DNA from: Octopus vulgaris
Taxonomy: Eukaryota
NCBI GenBank assembly: GCA_951406725.2
Contig: OX597831.1
Span: 36,766,001-36,830,000 of the forward strand
Length of the DNA: 64,000 nt
Reading direction: 5' to 3'
Part shown: positions 27,102 to 40,246 of the stretch, piece after piece
Position numbering within the stretch: position 1 is the stretch's first letter
How the letters are laid out: each line of letters begins with the position of its first letter
The notes under the pieces: model-generated
Told to the model about the DNA's origin: nothing
Database searches by the model: none
What the model saw: the letters and a program-made list of their open reading frames with translations, nothing else
Position numbers and translations under genes: made by a program

Positions 27102-27320
27102 ACATTATATATACATATTTATATATAGAACACACACACACACATACGTTATATATACATATTTATATATAGAACACACACACACACATACATTATATAT
27201 ACATATTTATATATAGAACACACACACACACATACATTATATATACATATTTATATATAGAACACACACACACATACATTATATATACATATATATATAG
27301 AACACACACACACACACATA
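27102..27320. repeat. ~42-44-bp minisatellite, about 5 copies
   Basis: cattatatatacatatttatatatagaacacacacacacata. Confidence 0.85.
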
Positions 27321-28406
27321 TAAATGAACGCAAGAATATCTGATTCATAATATTTGTTCTCATGCTCGTGTGTTGATTGTTGGTGACAGACATATACTTC
27401 AAAGAACGTCGTCGAAGTGATAGGAAGGTAGGAAACAGAGTCAGTGAAAAAGAAAGGAAATAGCGATAGTGACAGATACTTTAAATAACCGTAGTGGCAT
27501 TCTGAAAGTTATAAATGAAGAGGAGTGACAGAGTACTGGAGGAAATAGGGTGAGGTAGGAAGATGGCCCCTAGAAACCACAGCTTTTAAGATATGGATTT
27601 CTAAGGTAGCCCACGCGCATCGTCACCTCATTCTACATGTCCGTGTAAATTTTGGAGCGAATCGGACGGGATGTAGTGGCATTGAAAGCTTACCAAGCGG
27701 TAAAAACGCATTTCAGTTTTATATATAGATATATATATATATATATATACTTTCCCACTCTCTTACTTTTCTTTTCTCTCTGACTCTCCCTCGCTTTCTC
27801 TTACTCTCTATCTTTATCTATCTCTCTCCCATTTATAAACAACAGAAGATCTTGAGTAAGTTGAGAAATAAAATATTTAGAAAGATCAATCAGAAATATG
27901 AGGCAGTGGCAATGGAAAGGTCTGCTTCAAGGCAGACAGCAAAACGCTAACATTCAAAAGGGACAGACGAACTTGCGAGCTGAATAAAAATAATAAAATA
28001 TTGGAAACCAAAGTTTGAAGGGATAGAATCTGAGGATAGTAGAGTCACCATGGCTGGCATTTGTTAACGACGGACAGCAACGTAGTGACAGTTTAACGGC
28101 TGGCGTAAAATTTTGAACTTGATGTAAAAGAAAATTCGTAAACACCAATTTTTGAAGTGATTCTTTCTCACGACAGTAGACTCACGATGGCAAGCATTCA
28201 AAACTTCTTCATCATGGACGGCAACACATTGACGATTAAAAGGCTGGAGCAAATTTTTTAGCTTGATGTAACAGAGAATTGCTAAACACCCGCTCCTTTA
28301 AATTTTAATCCCCTTCCAGCCCCATTTATACCCCTTTTCACCTTTTGGTTAATATAACCCGATTTAATTTGGGTCTACTGGGGCCACATTTTATAAGATG
28401 AGGACA

Positions 28407-28601
28407 CAACCAAGTTTCCCAAGTTCTGGTCATAGACCATAGAACACTCAACCAAGTTTCCCGATTTCCGGTCATAGACCATAGAACAGTCAAGCAAGTT
28501 TCCCGAGTTCTGGTCATAGACCATAGAACACTCGACCAAGTTTCCCGAGTTCTGGTCATAGACCATAGAACACTAAACTAAGTTTCCCGAGTTCTGGTCA
28601 T
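28407..28601. repeat. 42-bp tandem repeat, about 4.6 copies
   Basis: aagtttcccgagttctggtcatagaccatagaacactcaacc. Confidence 0.95.
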
Positions 28602-28977
28602 TTGCAGAATAAATAGAGACGGCGGAGGTGGCAGACGTCGTTGCAATGTAAACATGATTTGTTATAAGAGAAAGATTGTCCAGATTGTGTGTTGGTGGTG
28701 TTGGTGGTGGCGATGAGAATTATCATTAGGGAAAAGAGTGAGTGAGTGAGAAGACATACATAAGTTGTGGCGATGATAATTGTAGACCCCTTTTCACATT
28801 TTGATGAAGAGAACCCGATTTCATTCGGGTGTACTGGGGCTACATATAGGTGTGTGTGTGTGTGTGTGTGTGTGCACGCTGTAGAAATTAAATTAGAGAT
28901 AAAACCACTAATAGGGAAATGAAACAGTAAAAAACCAAAAGCAAAAACATAAAAATAAAAATATAATATTAGATATA

Positions 28978-29010
<33 letters not shown>

Positions 29011-29440
29011 TGACAGGTAGACAATAGAATGCGATGGCGATGGCGACGGGGATGGCGAGTAATATTTGTTACTGTCCATGAACGCTGAGAGATACATGAG
29101 TAAAATGTATAGGAAGGTAAGAGATAGAGTGAGTGAAAATGTTCTTGGAAGAGAGTAAATAGCTACAGAGCGATTTGAGGAAGACTTTACATTAAATAAC
29201 GGTAGTTGCATTGTCAAATGAAGAGGAGTGACAGAGTACTGGAGGAAATAGGGTGAGGTAGGAAGATGGCCCCTAGCAACCACACCTTTTAAGATAGGGA
29301 TTTCTAAGGTAGCCCACGCGCATCGTCACCTCATTCTACATGTCCGTGTAAATTTTGGAGCGAATCGGACGGGATGTAGTGGCATTGAAAGCGAACCAAG
29401 CGGTAAAAAGGCATTTCAGTTTTGTATATAGAGATATATA

Positions 29441-29678
29441 CTCGTTACTCTTTTACTCTTTTACTTGTTTCAGCCATTTAACTGTGGCCATACTGGAGCA
29501 CCGCCTCTAGTCGAGCAAATCGACCTCAGGACATATTCTTTGTAAGCCTAGTACTTATTCTATCAGTCTTTTTTGCCGAACCGCTAAGTTACGGTGACGT
29601 AAACACACCAGCATTGGTTGTCATGTGATGTTGGCGGGACAAACACAGACACAAATATATACACACATACATACAAAC

Positions 29679-29709
<31 letters not shown>

Positions 29710-29869
29710 TACGTCAGGCTTCTTTTAGTTTCCTTCTACCAAATCCACTCACAAGTCTTAGGTCAGCCCGAGGCTATAGTAGAAGACACTTGCCCAAGGT
29801 GCCACGCAGTGGGACTGAACCTGGAACCATGTGGTTCATAAGCAAGCTACTTACCACACAGCCACTCCT

Positions 29870-29870
<1 letters not shown>
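29441..29870 (-). mobile_element. SINE family A, full length
   Basis: Collinear with other family A copies. Confidence 0.9.
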
Positions 29871-29927
<57 letters not shown>

Positions 29928-30104
29928 ATATGCATAGAAAAATTACTTACTAAATGCATTATTTCAAGCTTTTCAAGATAATAAATTCCATTTTACATTC
30001 AACAAAGAGAGAGTTGACATCTATATCAACATCATATAGTGAAGTTTATTTCTTGTCCTTCTGCAATCCCATAAAGAACGTGTGTGTGTTGGGGGGGTAG
30101 GAGA

Positions 30105-30246
30105 GGGGCGTGGGACGGACGGGTTCAGCTCCTAAATCTGGTTCTTGTAGCATTAAATGATTGAAAAATAAATGTTCCTTTTGTATAACATTGTGCTCTA
30201 TCATAGTTAACTGTCCGTGTATATCTATTACCTGTTACCTAGCAAC
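30105..30246. promoter_or_regulatory. GC box and RFX X-box in non-repeat DNA
   Basis: GGGGCGTGGG at 30105-30114; GTTACC-T-AGCAAC at 30234-30246. Confidence 0.35.
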
Positions 30247-30744
30247 GGGTTTTACCGCAAGATAAGACTGAAGCAAGCCAGATTAAATTTATTGTATGGA
30301 GAAACACTGAAACATCTGCAGCTGCATCACCATCAGCAGCAGAAGCAGAAGCACCAGTAGTAGTAGTAGTAGCAGCAGTAGCAGTATCTTAAGACTGCAT
30401 GAATGACTGGGCTTTAAAGGCGCCAGACTATGTTGTGATTGTTAATTAGTCTCCGGGTTATTCCTGAATGAGTAAATTTATGATCAAAGGTTCTTGGACC
30501 TTGACTGTCCTGCTTTTCTTTCCAGGAATATCTAGGACTATGTCCTTTCCTTTATGACAACAGGGAGTGTGATTTGGAGAAATCTAACTGCATAAAAACG
30601 CAGGAGAGGTGACTGTGCTGGCTTGAACATGTGATGTGAGAATGAGTTCTGGGTGGAAAATGTGCAATCCACAGGAGTGTTGTCCTAGTTAAAAGATATT
30701 AGTCTGAAACTAAATTGATTAATTTCTTTTTCTTTTCTGTTCCT

Positions 30745-31402
30745 GCCTTTAACCCTCCAATGCAGAGTATAGGCCACTTATAGTTGAATTCCATGTCGCA
30801 TAATTTTTTGCTTCTGTACTTATACTCTGCCATGAACGTCCCCCTTTCTCTAGTTCCTTTTGTGTTGATCTATGCTACGAGTTCTTAGTCCTACCTCTCT
30901 TTCTATATCCATCCAGATTCCACTGTAAAGCACTTTTCGCTATATTTGGTGTGTCTTTTCTAATTGTGCTATCAATCCACATCCACTTTTTCTTAAATAT
31001 TTGCTCCCTAATCAAAACTTGATTTGTTCTTTGCCATAGCTCCATATTGCTTATGTGTTCTGGCCATCTAATTTTAAGTATACTATGCAAGCATCTGTTG
31101 ATGAATGATTGTATTTGTTTATTTGACTTAACTGTTGTTTGCCATGTCTCAGCCCCATGCAATAACACCGCTTTTACGTTAGTGTTAAAAATTCTTATTT
31201 TGTTCTTTATTGAAATTACACTTGTGCTCCACAGGTGAAAAGTGGTCCTTGCCTTACTTATTCTCATCTTAATATCTTCGTTGGTGCCATCTGAAAACTT
31301 TATCTTACTACCTAAATACGTAAACTCGGCTACATCCTCTGGTTCACCAGTTTCTAGTTTAATACGTTCATTGTTTTCTTCATTAACGCGCATTGAAAAC
31401 AA
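30745..31402 (-). pseudogene. RTE LINE reverse transcriptase C-terminal fragment
   Basis: FTYLGS...DIKMRISKAR...KIRIFNTNVKAVLLHGAETW...ILKIRWP...ALQWNLDGYRKRGR are canonical RTE ORF motifs; 5'-truncated. Confidence 0.92.
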
Positions 31403-31791
31403 ATTTTTAAAAATTAATTTGGTATTTGTTAATTAGAAGATTATTTCAAAGTCATGAGACATAAGTTTTATAATTTGGATACACATATAATTTGCAAATA
31501 TTACATTAATAATTTGCATGAAAAACAAACCTAAGACAAGTTACTTTTTGTCACAGAGTGTGTTATCATGCTGAGCCAACTGCTCTGGTGTAAATTTGAA
31601 CATAAGAAAGCTTTAGACTATTTCTGTAGATATTACTATTTCAACCTGACATAATTTTTATTTCTGTGTGTTTATTGTTTATTCTGAAAACACCTTATGA
31701 CTTGGTTATGTCATGGAATTATAGGAACAGAATCATTACAAAGAAAATTTGCTATTTTTGGTGTGTTTGTATTGCTTTTGCAGTAAAAAAA

Positions 31792-31935
31792 GGCTAAAGA
31801 CCCTCTTTGGTCATGAATGACCATATGATTGCACCTAGAAAGGTACTCTCAGAGGCATAAGTTTGGGCAAGGTTGTTTGTGGAAGACCAGCAGTCACCCC
31901 TGAATACCAGCCTCCCTTCTCCATCCCACTGATAT
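31792..31935. repeat. RTE/SINE-related fragment
   Basis: ggtcatgaatgacc hairpin, gggcaaggttgtt..ggaagacc; family assignment from recall only. Confidence 0.4.
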
Positions 31936-32698
31936 AAACGCTTGACGGTGGACAATAGATGCTGAAACAGAAAAACAAATGCCTAACAAATGGAGATACC
32001 CCATTTGGTATACTGATTGGTTGTAGCTATATCGATTCCCATGGTTTAAGCATAAATTTTGCACGGTGATGGTTTCTTTTCATTTCAATGTCCAAAGATA
32101 AGGCTCAGGGTTTATCTTTGTGTGCGCTCAAGACACAAAAGTTTTCACAACCCATACTAATGCATGACCCATGTTGGGGAAACACTGGTTTAATGAAACA
32201 GATCAATCCCAGTACTTATTTTTAAATCCTGGAAACAATGATAAGCATTTTACACGAACCAAACGTCTCTCAAATCATACACAATCATCATAAGTAAAGA
32301 CAAGACACACCAGCATAAAATAGTCATACTTAGCCTTATACAAACAGGATGATCATGGTTGGAATGCTTTTGATCATATGTCTGTTTATTTAGGATTTGC
32401 TTGGGGTTACACAAAACAACGACTTTTCAAGGCGCCAACATTCAATGGTAATTATTAAAAATGTAACATTGTTATTCATTGTAAAAGGAATTACTTTTGC
32501 AAATATTTAAAAGCATTCGTCAGCAGAAATATTCTTTCAGATGGCATCTCGCATACACATTCATAAGGTTCCTGAAAAGATAGCTAATGGCTTTTTGAGA
32601 ATAGAGAAAATTATTTTTTTACAAAATTTACACATGCATGACAGATATTAGATATGTTTAGATGCAAAAAGGAAATTCAGCAATATTACATATGAAAC

Positions 32699-32815
32699 AT
32701 AGACAGACAGACAGATATATATATATATATATATATGGTGGTAGATAGACAAATAGATAGACAGACAGACAGACAGACAGACGGACGGACGGATGGACGG
32801 ACGGACGGACGGACG

Positions 32816-32913
<98 letters not shown>

Positions 32914-33009
32914 CAGACAGATAGATAGAGAGGGAAAGAGACAGACAGACAGACCAATGGATAGATGGATGGATGGATGAATAGATAGATGGATAGATTG
33001 CTAGATAGG

Positions 33010-33065
<56 letters not shown>

Positions 33066-33178
33066 ATGGTAGATGGACTGATAGATTGATAGACAAATAG
33101 ATAGATAGTTAGACAGATAGATAGACAGATACATATATAGTTAGACAATTAGACAGACAGACAGATAGACAGACAGAC

Positions 33179-33210
<32 letters not shown>

Positions 33211-33265
33211 TGATAGATAGATAAATAGATAGACAGATAGATAGATAGATAGATCAACAGACAGA
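32699..33265. repeat. (TAGA)n/(CAGA)n/(GGAC)n compound microsatellite
   Basis: Seen directly. Confidence 0.95.
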
Positions 33266-33657
33266 GAAATAATTAGAAAAAAATAGTAGGTTTTTCACAG
33301 AAAGAGCAAAAGAAACTGATGTAGATTCCCCAAATTTAATCTATTAGCGTTGCAGTGAAGATCTGTAAGACATTTTAAAGATTCTCCACCCGAGATCTTT
33401 TAGATGAATAGACGTGCATATCCAAGTGTGTGCATCAGCAGTTCAACCAACACACCAACTCAACTACATATTTACAAACACTGAGAACTCTTTTAATTCA
33501 AAAAGTCTTGTTGCTTTGTTAGCAATAGCCACTCTGAAGAAAAAACTTAAATAAACTAAAAAAAAAAAAAAAATCATACACACACACACACACACACACA
33601 CACATAATTCTTCACACATAACATTACTGAATTCCATTATAAATCAATTAGTTTTTC

Positions 33658-34159
33658 ATTATTTACATTATTTACATTTGACAGATATTTGTCCTCATCT
33701 TGTTTGTTGCTAATACAATGTTTCGGCTGATATACCCTCCAGCCTTCATCAGGTGTCTTGGAAAATTTCGATCCTGGGTCCTCATTCCTAAGGTATTTTT
33801 CGATGTTGTTGTTGTTGTTATTATTCAGGTCAATGCCTGGAATTGAACTCAGAATCTTGGGGTTAGTAGCCTGCACTCTTAACCACTATACCATATGCTT
33901 ATGGGCATATTATTATTATTCAGTGACCTGAATAATAACAACAACAACAACAATAATAATAATACTAGTAATAATAGCATCGGAAAAATACCTTAAGAAT
34001 GAGAACCAAGGTTCGAAATTTCCCCCAAAACACCCGAAGAAGGCTGGAGGGTATATCAGCTGAAACGTGGTGTTAACAAACAAGATGAAGACAAATATCT
34101 GTCAAATGTAAATAATGCAAATAATGTAAATAATTCCACATTTCTTAAATATAGAATTG
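33658..34159. mobile_element. Family D palindromic tRNA-head / hammerhead element with TSD
   Basis: Minus arm 33658-33910, plus arm 33921-34159; flanked by aatYaattagtttt (33642-33655 and 34160-34173). Confidence 0.8.
33712..33760 (-). ncRNA. Minimal type I hammerhead ribozyme motif (CUGAUGA and GAAA intact)
   Basis: Reverse complement gacac CTGATGA a ggctg gagggtatat cagcc GAAA catt gtatt. Confidence 0.65.
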
Positions 34160-34177
34160 AATTAATTAGTTTTGCAC

Positions 34178-34335
34178 CTGTCTTTTATTCTGAGTTCAAA
34201 TTCCGCTGAGGTCAACTTTGCCTTTTATTCTTTTGGGGTCGATAAATTATGTACCAGTTGTGTACTGGGGTTGATCTAATTGACTGGCCCCCTCCCCCAA
34301 AATTTCGGGCCTTGTGCCTAGAGTAGAAAAGAATA
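34178..34335 (+). mobile_element. SINE B variant
   Basis: Nin/Deu domain plus a gcctagagtagaaaagaat tail. Confidence 0.8.
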
Positions 34336-34454
34336 CAAATCTGTTAGTTGTCCATAAGTCAGGCAAAATGTGTACTCAATATGACTATTATAATGATCAT
34401 ATTTTTATATATTGTGAAGCAGTATATTATTGTTTATGGCACATAACTGGTCAG

Positions 34455-34874
34455 CAGTAGCGTAATTGGGGGGAAGGGCAAAGGGGTCACGTGCCTCGGG
34501 TACCAATTGAAGGGGAGCAATTCAATGAAAGCAAGAAAGAGGACACTTTAAACAATTGTATTATTTTTCTTTATTACATCTCATTTCACACATTAGGTTT
34601 TTTAATGCTTCAGTCGAGAAAGCTGGTGCATTAAACAATTAAAATATGGAGGTTTCGTAAAAATAAACATTCAAAAAATATATTTTGAATGACAGGCTGT
34701 ACGGAACCGGCAGGTAAATGAACCCTGGTAAAGTATTCATTCCTATAATATTGCTTTAAACTATTAATTACTTGTAACAAACAGGTACTATGTAATATTG
34801 TGGATTTTGTAATAAGTGGGTGGGGGCATTTTTGCAACTTGCTCCAGGTGGTGTTTACCCTAGCAACACCACTG
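34455..34874. mobile_element. hAT-type MITE
   Basis: Termini CAGTAGCGTA / CAACACCACTG and an exact 8-bp TSD CTGGTCAG (34447-34454 and 34875-34882). Confidence 0.85.
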
Positions 34875-35924
34875 CTGGTCAGTATGTCTGAAGGGCCAGC
34901 AGTATTGCTGATTGCCAATAGTCAGTGTGAAATCAATAGCAACATTCTAACCAGCTGTATAACATGATCAATGATGTATACTGCTCAATGATATACAAAA
35001 ATATACAAACACACATACGCACACACACACATGCACACATTTGTGATTTTGCTACGGGTAACATGTAGTCTGGCACACCTTGTTGCATGGTTGGTTTAGC
35101 AGCAGTTAAACAATCCCCCCATCAGCTTGACTTATGATGAGAGTTACCAGAAACCAGGTAGGACAAATACGCGATAACCTTCAAAAGGATGAATAAACCC
35201 AACTAATGGACAAAAACCTATCTCGCATTTGTGAGGGGAATATATAAACACCCATGATTGTGAGTGAGCATCTAGTTAAACTATCTTAAAGTGTTAGTCC
35301 TCTAGCTCTTACCAAAATATCTGTCTAGCAGAAGGTTGCTCTGATGTAAAGCTCAAAGGTCATTCTAGCTTGTTGCTTGATTCCACCTCATCACTTGATC
35401 CTTTGCTGCCTTTAGGGAGACTACATTGTTACAATCATCCAAACCAATTTTCTAGTTTCTACAACAACCCCATTTGGCCACCCCATTATCATTCCAGTTT
35501 TCTTCAATGCTCCCCTGCACGGGTCTCTCCACTGCCCTGAAGGGGGCAGTATTAACCTCTTTGGGAACCACTGTTGCTGACTCTACATAAAACAGGTGAT
35601 GGTTGTTGCCTCTCTCTTCTCTGACTAAGCATTAAAAAAAGAAATGTTAAAACGACTGTTAAGACTTCATGTAAAAGAAAGGTTTACCGGTACACCGATT
35701 CTGTATGTTTATGATATGTTGATAAACAACACAAGCAGAAAATCTACTTGTCAAAATTCAGGGAGCTCAGCATGGCCACCACCCTCCAGCTAAATCTAAT
35801 AAAAGAGTTTGTGTAGATTCAAAATAAATGAAGATAGAAAGCTATGTCACTCCCTAGATGTCCATTTTTTTTCGCAAAAACTTATATCCAAAGCTAAGCA
35901 TCAGAACCTCATTAACAATACTCT

Positions 35925-35926
35925 CT

Positions 35927-35971
<45 letters not shown>

Positions 35972-36055
35972 TTCTTCTTCTTCTTCTTCTTCTTCTTCTT
36001 CTTCTTCTTCTTCTTCTTCTTCTTCTTCTTCTTCTTCTTCTTCTTCTCCTCCTCC

Positions 36056-36109
<54 letters not shown>

Positions 36110-36137
36110 CCATCATCACCATCATCACCATCATCAC

Positions 36138-36185
<48 letters not shown>
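35925..36185. repeat. (CTT)n(CAT)n microsatellite
   Basis: Seen directly. Confidence 0.95.
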
Positions 36186-36576
36186 TTTTAATTTCTACGC
36201 CTCTATCAAAAACGAAAAAAAGTCAGTTTGTTCATATTTACAGCAGTTTAAGAAAAAGAAGATGTGAATGTCCTCTTCAAAAAAAAAAAGAAAAAAAGAA
36301 AAAAAAAAGAAAACACAAAACACAAAATTTGAATTCAAAATCAATATTGATTCCTACAGCAACATCAGCTATACAGCATGTGATTGTATACCTATGAGTA
36401 TGTATAATAGACTGGAGACATGCATACATATGTATGTGTGTGTGTTTTGTAGGTGTTTGGTATATATATATATGGATAGTATGATAAACAATCCCAACAT
36501 AATCTGACCCTGAACTCAATTCAAGATGTAGAGTAAATAAAACAAACTAATATGATGAAAATAGTTGTCACATATA

Positions 36577-37201
36577 ATGACAAGTGACTGTGCGACATTT
36601 GGAGATATGTGATCTGCTGTGCTTGAGAAGACCCGGTAAGCAAAGTGAGACCATAACTGTGGCCTATGCCAGTGCTGTATAACCAGCCCATTTAAGAGTA
36701 ACTTTCAATCATTGGACTATAAACTACACTTGCGAAGACCTGTTGAGGCAAGTGAAATGGTTGTCATGGCCGATGACAGTACCGCCTGATTGGCACCCGT
36801 GCCAGTGGAATGGTAAAAGCACCATCCGAGTGTGATTGTTGCCTGGGCCACTGATTGGCTCATGTACCGGTGGCATGTAAAAGGCACCATTCAAGCATGG
36901 TTGTTGCTAGTGCCACTAGACTGGCTCCTGTGCAGGTGGCATGTAAAAAGCACCATTTGAGTGTGGCCAATGCCAGTACCACCTGACTGGCCCTCTTGCC
37001 AGTGGCGCATAAAGGCATCCATTACACTCTCAGAGTGGTTGGTATTAGGAAGGGCTTCCAACTGTAGAAACTTTGCCAGATCAGATTGGAGCTTGGTGCA
37101 GCCTTCTGGCTCACCAGTCCTCAGTCAAACCGTCCAACCTATGCCAGCATGGAAAACAGACGTTAAATGATGATGATGTTGATGATGATGATGATGAGGA
37201 T
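36577..37201 (+). mobile_element. Family E long copy (RTE 3' end)
   Basis: gctgtgcttgagaagaccc, internal aaaagcacca repeats, (GAT)n tail. Confidence 0.85.
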
Positions 37202-37249
37202 GATGATGATGATGTTGATGATGAAAACAATTTATGATATATGCAGAGG

Positions 37250-37282
<33 letters not shown>

Positions 37283-38146
37283 ACACACACTCACACACAT
37301 TCATACAGAGAGAGAAATAGGCTGGAAGTGAGAGGAAAGGGAGAGGAAAAATATTAGATGACATTAATATTTACTTGTGGCTTTCTTCTACCTGGCAATA
37401 ACTGGTGCATATATGCATACACACACACATATATATACATACATACATATATATAATACACTTTAAGTACAGGATGTCACCAATGAGTAAAAAGAACATA
37501 AACACATAATGAGGGAAAAGTAAGGAACTAAATACTAAAAGAAGTCTAACTTCTCCTCAGTTGTTGACTGTTTGTTACTCCACATTTCATGCTTTCAACC
37601 ACAAGATAAGAAAACTTCATAAGGCAGCAGCATTCAGAAATTCTAAAAATATAAAATTTGTGGAGAGTAAGGCCTTAGAATGAAAAACAACAACAGTGTG
37701 GACTTATAGAGTAAGCAATTGATGAAGGCAAGCATTAAGGGCTGTCAGTCCGAGACGAATTCTAATGGATAATGCTTGGGAGAATTTTAAATGAAAATAG
37801 AATAAATAGAAGAGAAGAAAATAGTAGAAGAGAAAAAATGTCGGGAGGCAAGAAAAATGACATCCAGCTATGCGGACGTCTGGTGTGTTGTTTGTCTTGC
37901 TTTCCGTTTGATTTTTTGTTGTTTCCAAAAAGAGTTTGTATTCCATGTTGTATTTCGTATTTTATGTTGTTTTCGTATTTTATGTTTATTTTATGCTGTT
38001 TACATTCCGTGGTGTTCTGTGCCCATATATACATGTATATAGAAATATATGTATGTACATATATATGTGTATGTATGCATATATCTTTATATATTATCTA
38101 CCTATCTATCTATCTATCTATCTATCTAAATATATATATATACATG

Positions 38147-38225
<79 letters not shown>

Positions 38226-39228
38226 TATATGTGTGTGTGCGTGTGTATATGGTGTTATTATTTGACATTGTTGAAAAGCTGTCACTTGGTATCCAGAACA
38301 GTGGCCTTTGACCTTCTAAGGTAATAAAAACTGGAGTCCTGTGTGCAGCCCCCACCCCCCCCCCCCACGCACACACACAAGTTTGCTCACTGTCACTATT
38401 TATCTCAATTTTTTAGTTGTAACTAGTTTGTGATTGAGGTATTTTATTTTGCAAGGTACTATTTTCCCTTGTATTTGTAATTTCTTCATATTTTGCATCT
38501 CTGGTATTTTGACTTTACAGTTTGAATTGTGTTATGTTATCAAGTCTTAGAGAACATTGATGACTATTTTTCAAAAATATATAATTTGAAATAGTTTGCT
38601 TTTGTTTTGGACTGAAAATATTTTGGTATTTTAATGTTCTTGAATAAACATCTTCACATACAAAAGCTGAGACAACTACATTTCACAGTTGTTATTTTGA
38701 AATGCTTGTCTTCTGATGAGTCCATTTAATAAATATTCAACCATATTAAATATTGGCCTCCCTAAGCATGAAATAATATGGTAGTTCCAGCCCTAAATAA
38801 ATTTAACTTGTACTTTTAAAGATGTTCCTTAGGATAACATGAAATATTGAACTTCAGATAGAGTAAAGTAAAATATAGTTCTTAATAAAAGGTGTAGAGA
38901 TTATGAATTTTGAATGAAGAGATGGGGCTTTGAAACAAAATGTTGTAGGAGGTTGCTTAAAGTCATGCAATGGTCCTGATCTCACCTCAAGATGGAATCA
39001 ATCTACATTCTGGACTGCTGAGCTCCCAGAAACAACTGTTGGACTTGTAATACTTTTCTTCAACACCTATTTCATTTGTATTCTATTTAAGTCAGTCATT
39101 TTTTATATGTAAACATATATATACATTTACTGTACACATTTCTTGTATTCCATGTATTAACTGCTTAACTTGCTTATCACTACATTTATCTATCTATCTA
39201 TCTATCTATATATTTATTATATAGAAGG

Positions 39229-39279
39229 AGCTTCTACAGGACTAGAACTGTTTCATTGAAAAGAAATCATCAGGAAGCT
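39229..39279 (-). ncRNA. Type I hammerhead ribozyme motif
   Basis: Reverse complement AGCUUC CUGAUGA uuucuuuucaau GAAA CAG uucuaguc CUG UA GAAGCU: stem I 6 bp, stem III, GUA triplet; stem II weak. Confidence 0.7.
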
Positions 39280-40246
39280 AGTAGACAAGAGTTGTTTTGG
39301 CATTTATACATTTAGGCAGGTTTAAATGGGTGGTGGTGGGGGACTTTTTGGGGGTAGGCATGGCGCAAAACTATCATTATTAGGGGAGTGGTCAAAGGAA
39401 TCGGTGGTAAAGTAGATAAAAGAATAAATAAAAGAATAAAAGAATAAATAGAAAAATAGAGTTTTAGGTAAGTAAGGAGACTCTCACTTGTACATCTACA
39501 TATATATATATATATATATATATACACCCACATATTCACATATATCTATATATATACATACACACACATATATACATACATATATATATACATCAATATA
39601 CATATATATATACACATATATACATATATATACACATACCCATGTACATACACACAAATACACATATACATACATATATATACATATATGTATACACACT
39701 CGCACATAAATATACATACACACATATACACATGCATATACATGCACACACATACACACACATTTTTATTCCCTTATTTTAATTTTATTATTACTTTTGT
39801 TTATATTTTTATTTTTATCTTGACCTCGGTCAGCCGGTCTCAAGGGATGGTCTAAAGAAGCCATTTATCTATCTACTCACTGATACGAACGCAAACACTC
39901 ACTCACGCCCACACACTCACGTACACTCATACCCATACACACACGCACGTGTTATATTCATACATACATACATCTACATACATTCACGTATATTCACATA
40001 CGTACACGTACCTACTGATTCATATCTACACGCATACACATACATACCTCAATACACCCACAGAAGACTAGTCCATACATATACACTAATAAATATATAT
40101 ACACATATACACATACACATACATACACATACATACATATACATATATATATACATATATATACATATACATATACATACACATATACATTCATACATAT
40201 ATACACATACACACATATATATATATGCATACACATCCACACACAC

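Larger units (their letters stand above)
24560..29434 (-). mobile_element. Tandem two-unit non-autonomous Helitron with nested insertions
   Basis: 3' CTAG|T at 24560 with GC hairpin (cctgc..gcggg); 5' TC heads at 27729 and ~29434; units share 24971-25630 with 27749-28405 and 27520-27729 with 29220-29434. Confidence 0.75.

Noticed and set aside
33828-33900. tRNA gene (also the SINE heads at 2788, 45861 and 48703)
   Set aside because: A and B boxes are present, but the acceptor stems do not pair and the heads continue into repeat bodies.
35100-35157. Candidate small exon QQLNNPPISLTYDESYQKP
   Set aside because: Weak acceptor and donor (GTAGGA), not distinguishable from chance.
38713-38775. 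CTGATGAGTCC hammerhead-like start
   Set aside because: No complementary GGAC-GAAA and no stem I or III partner downstream.
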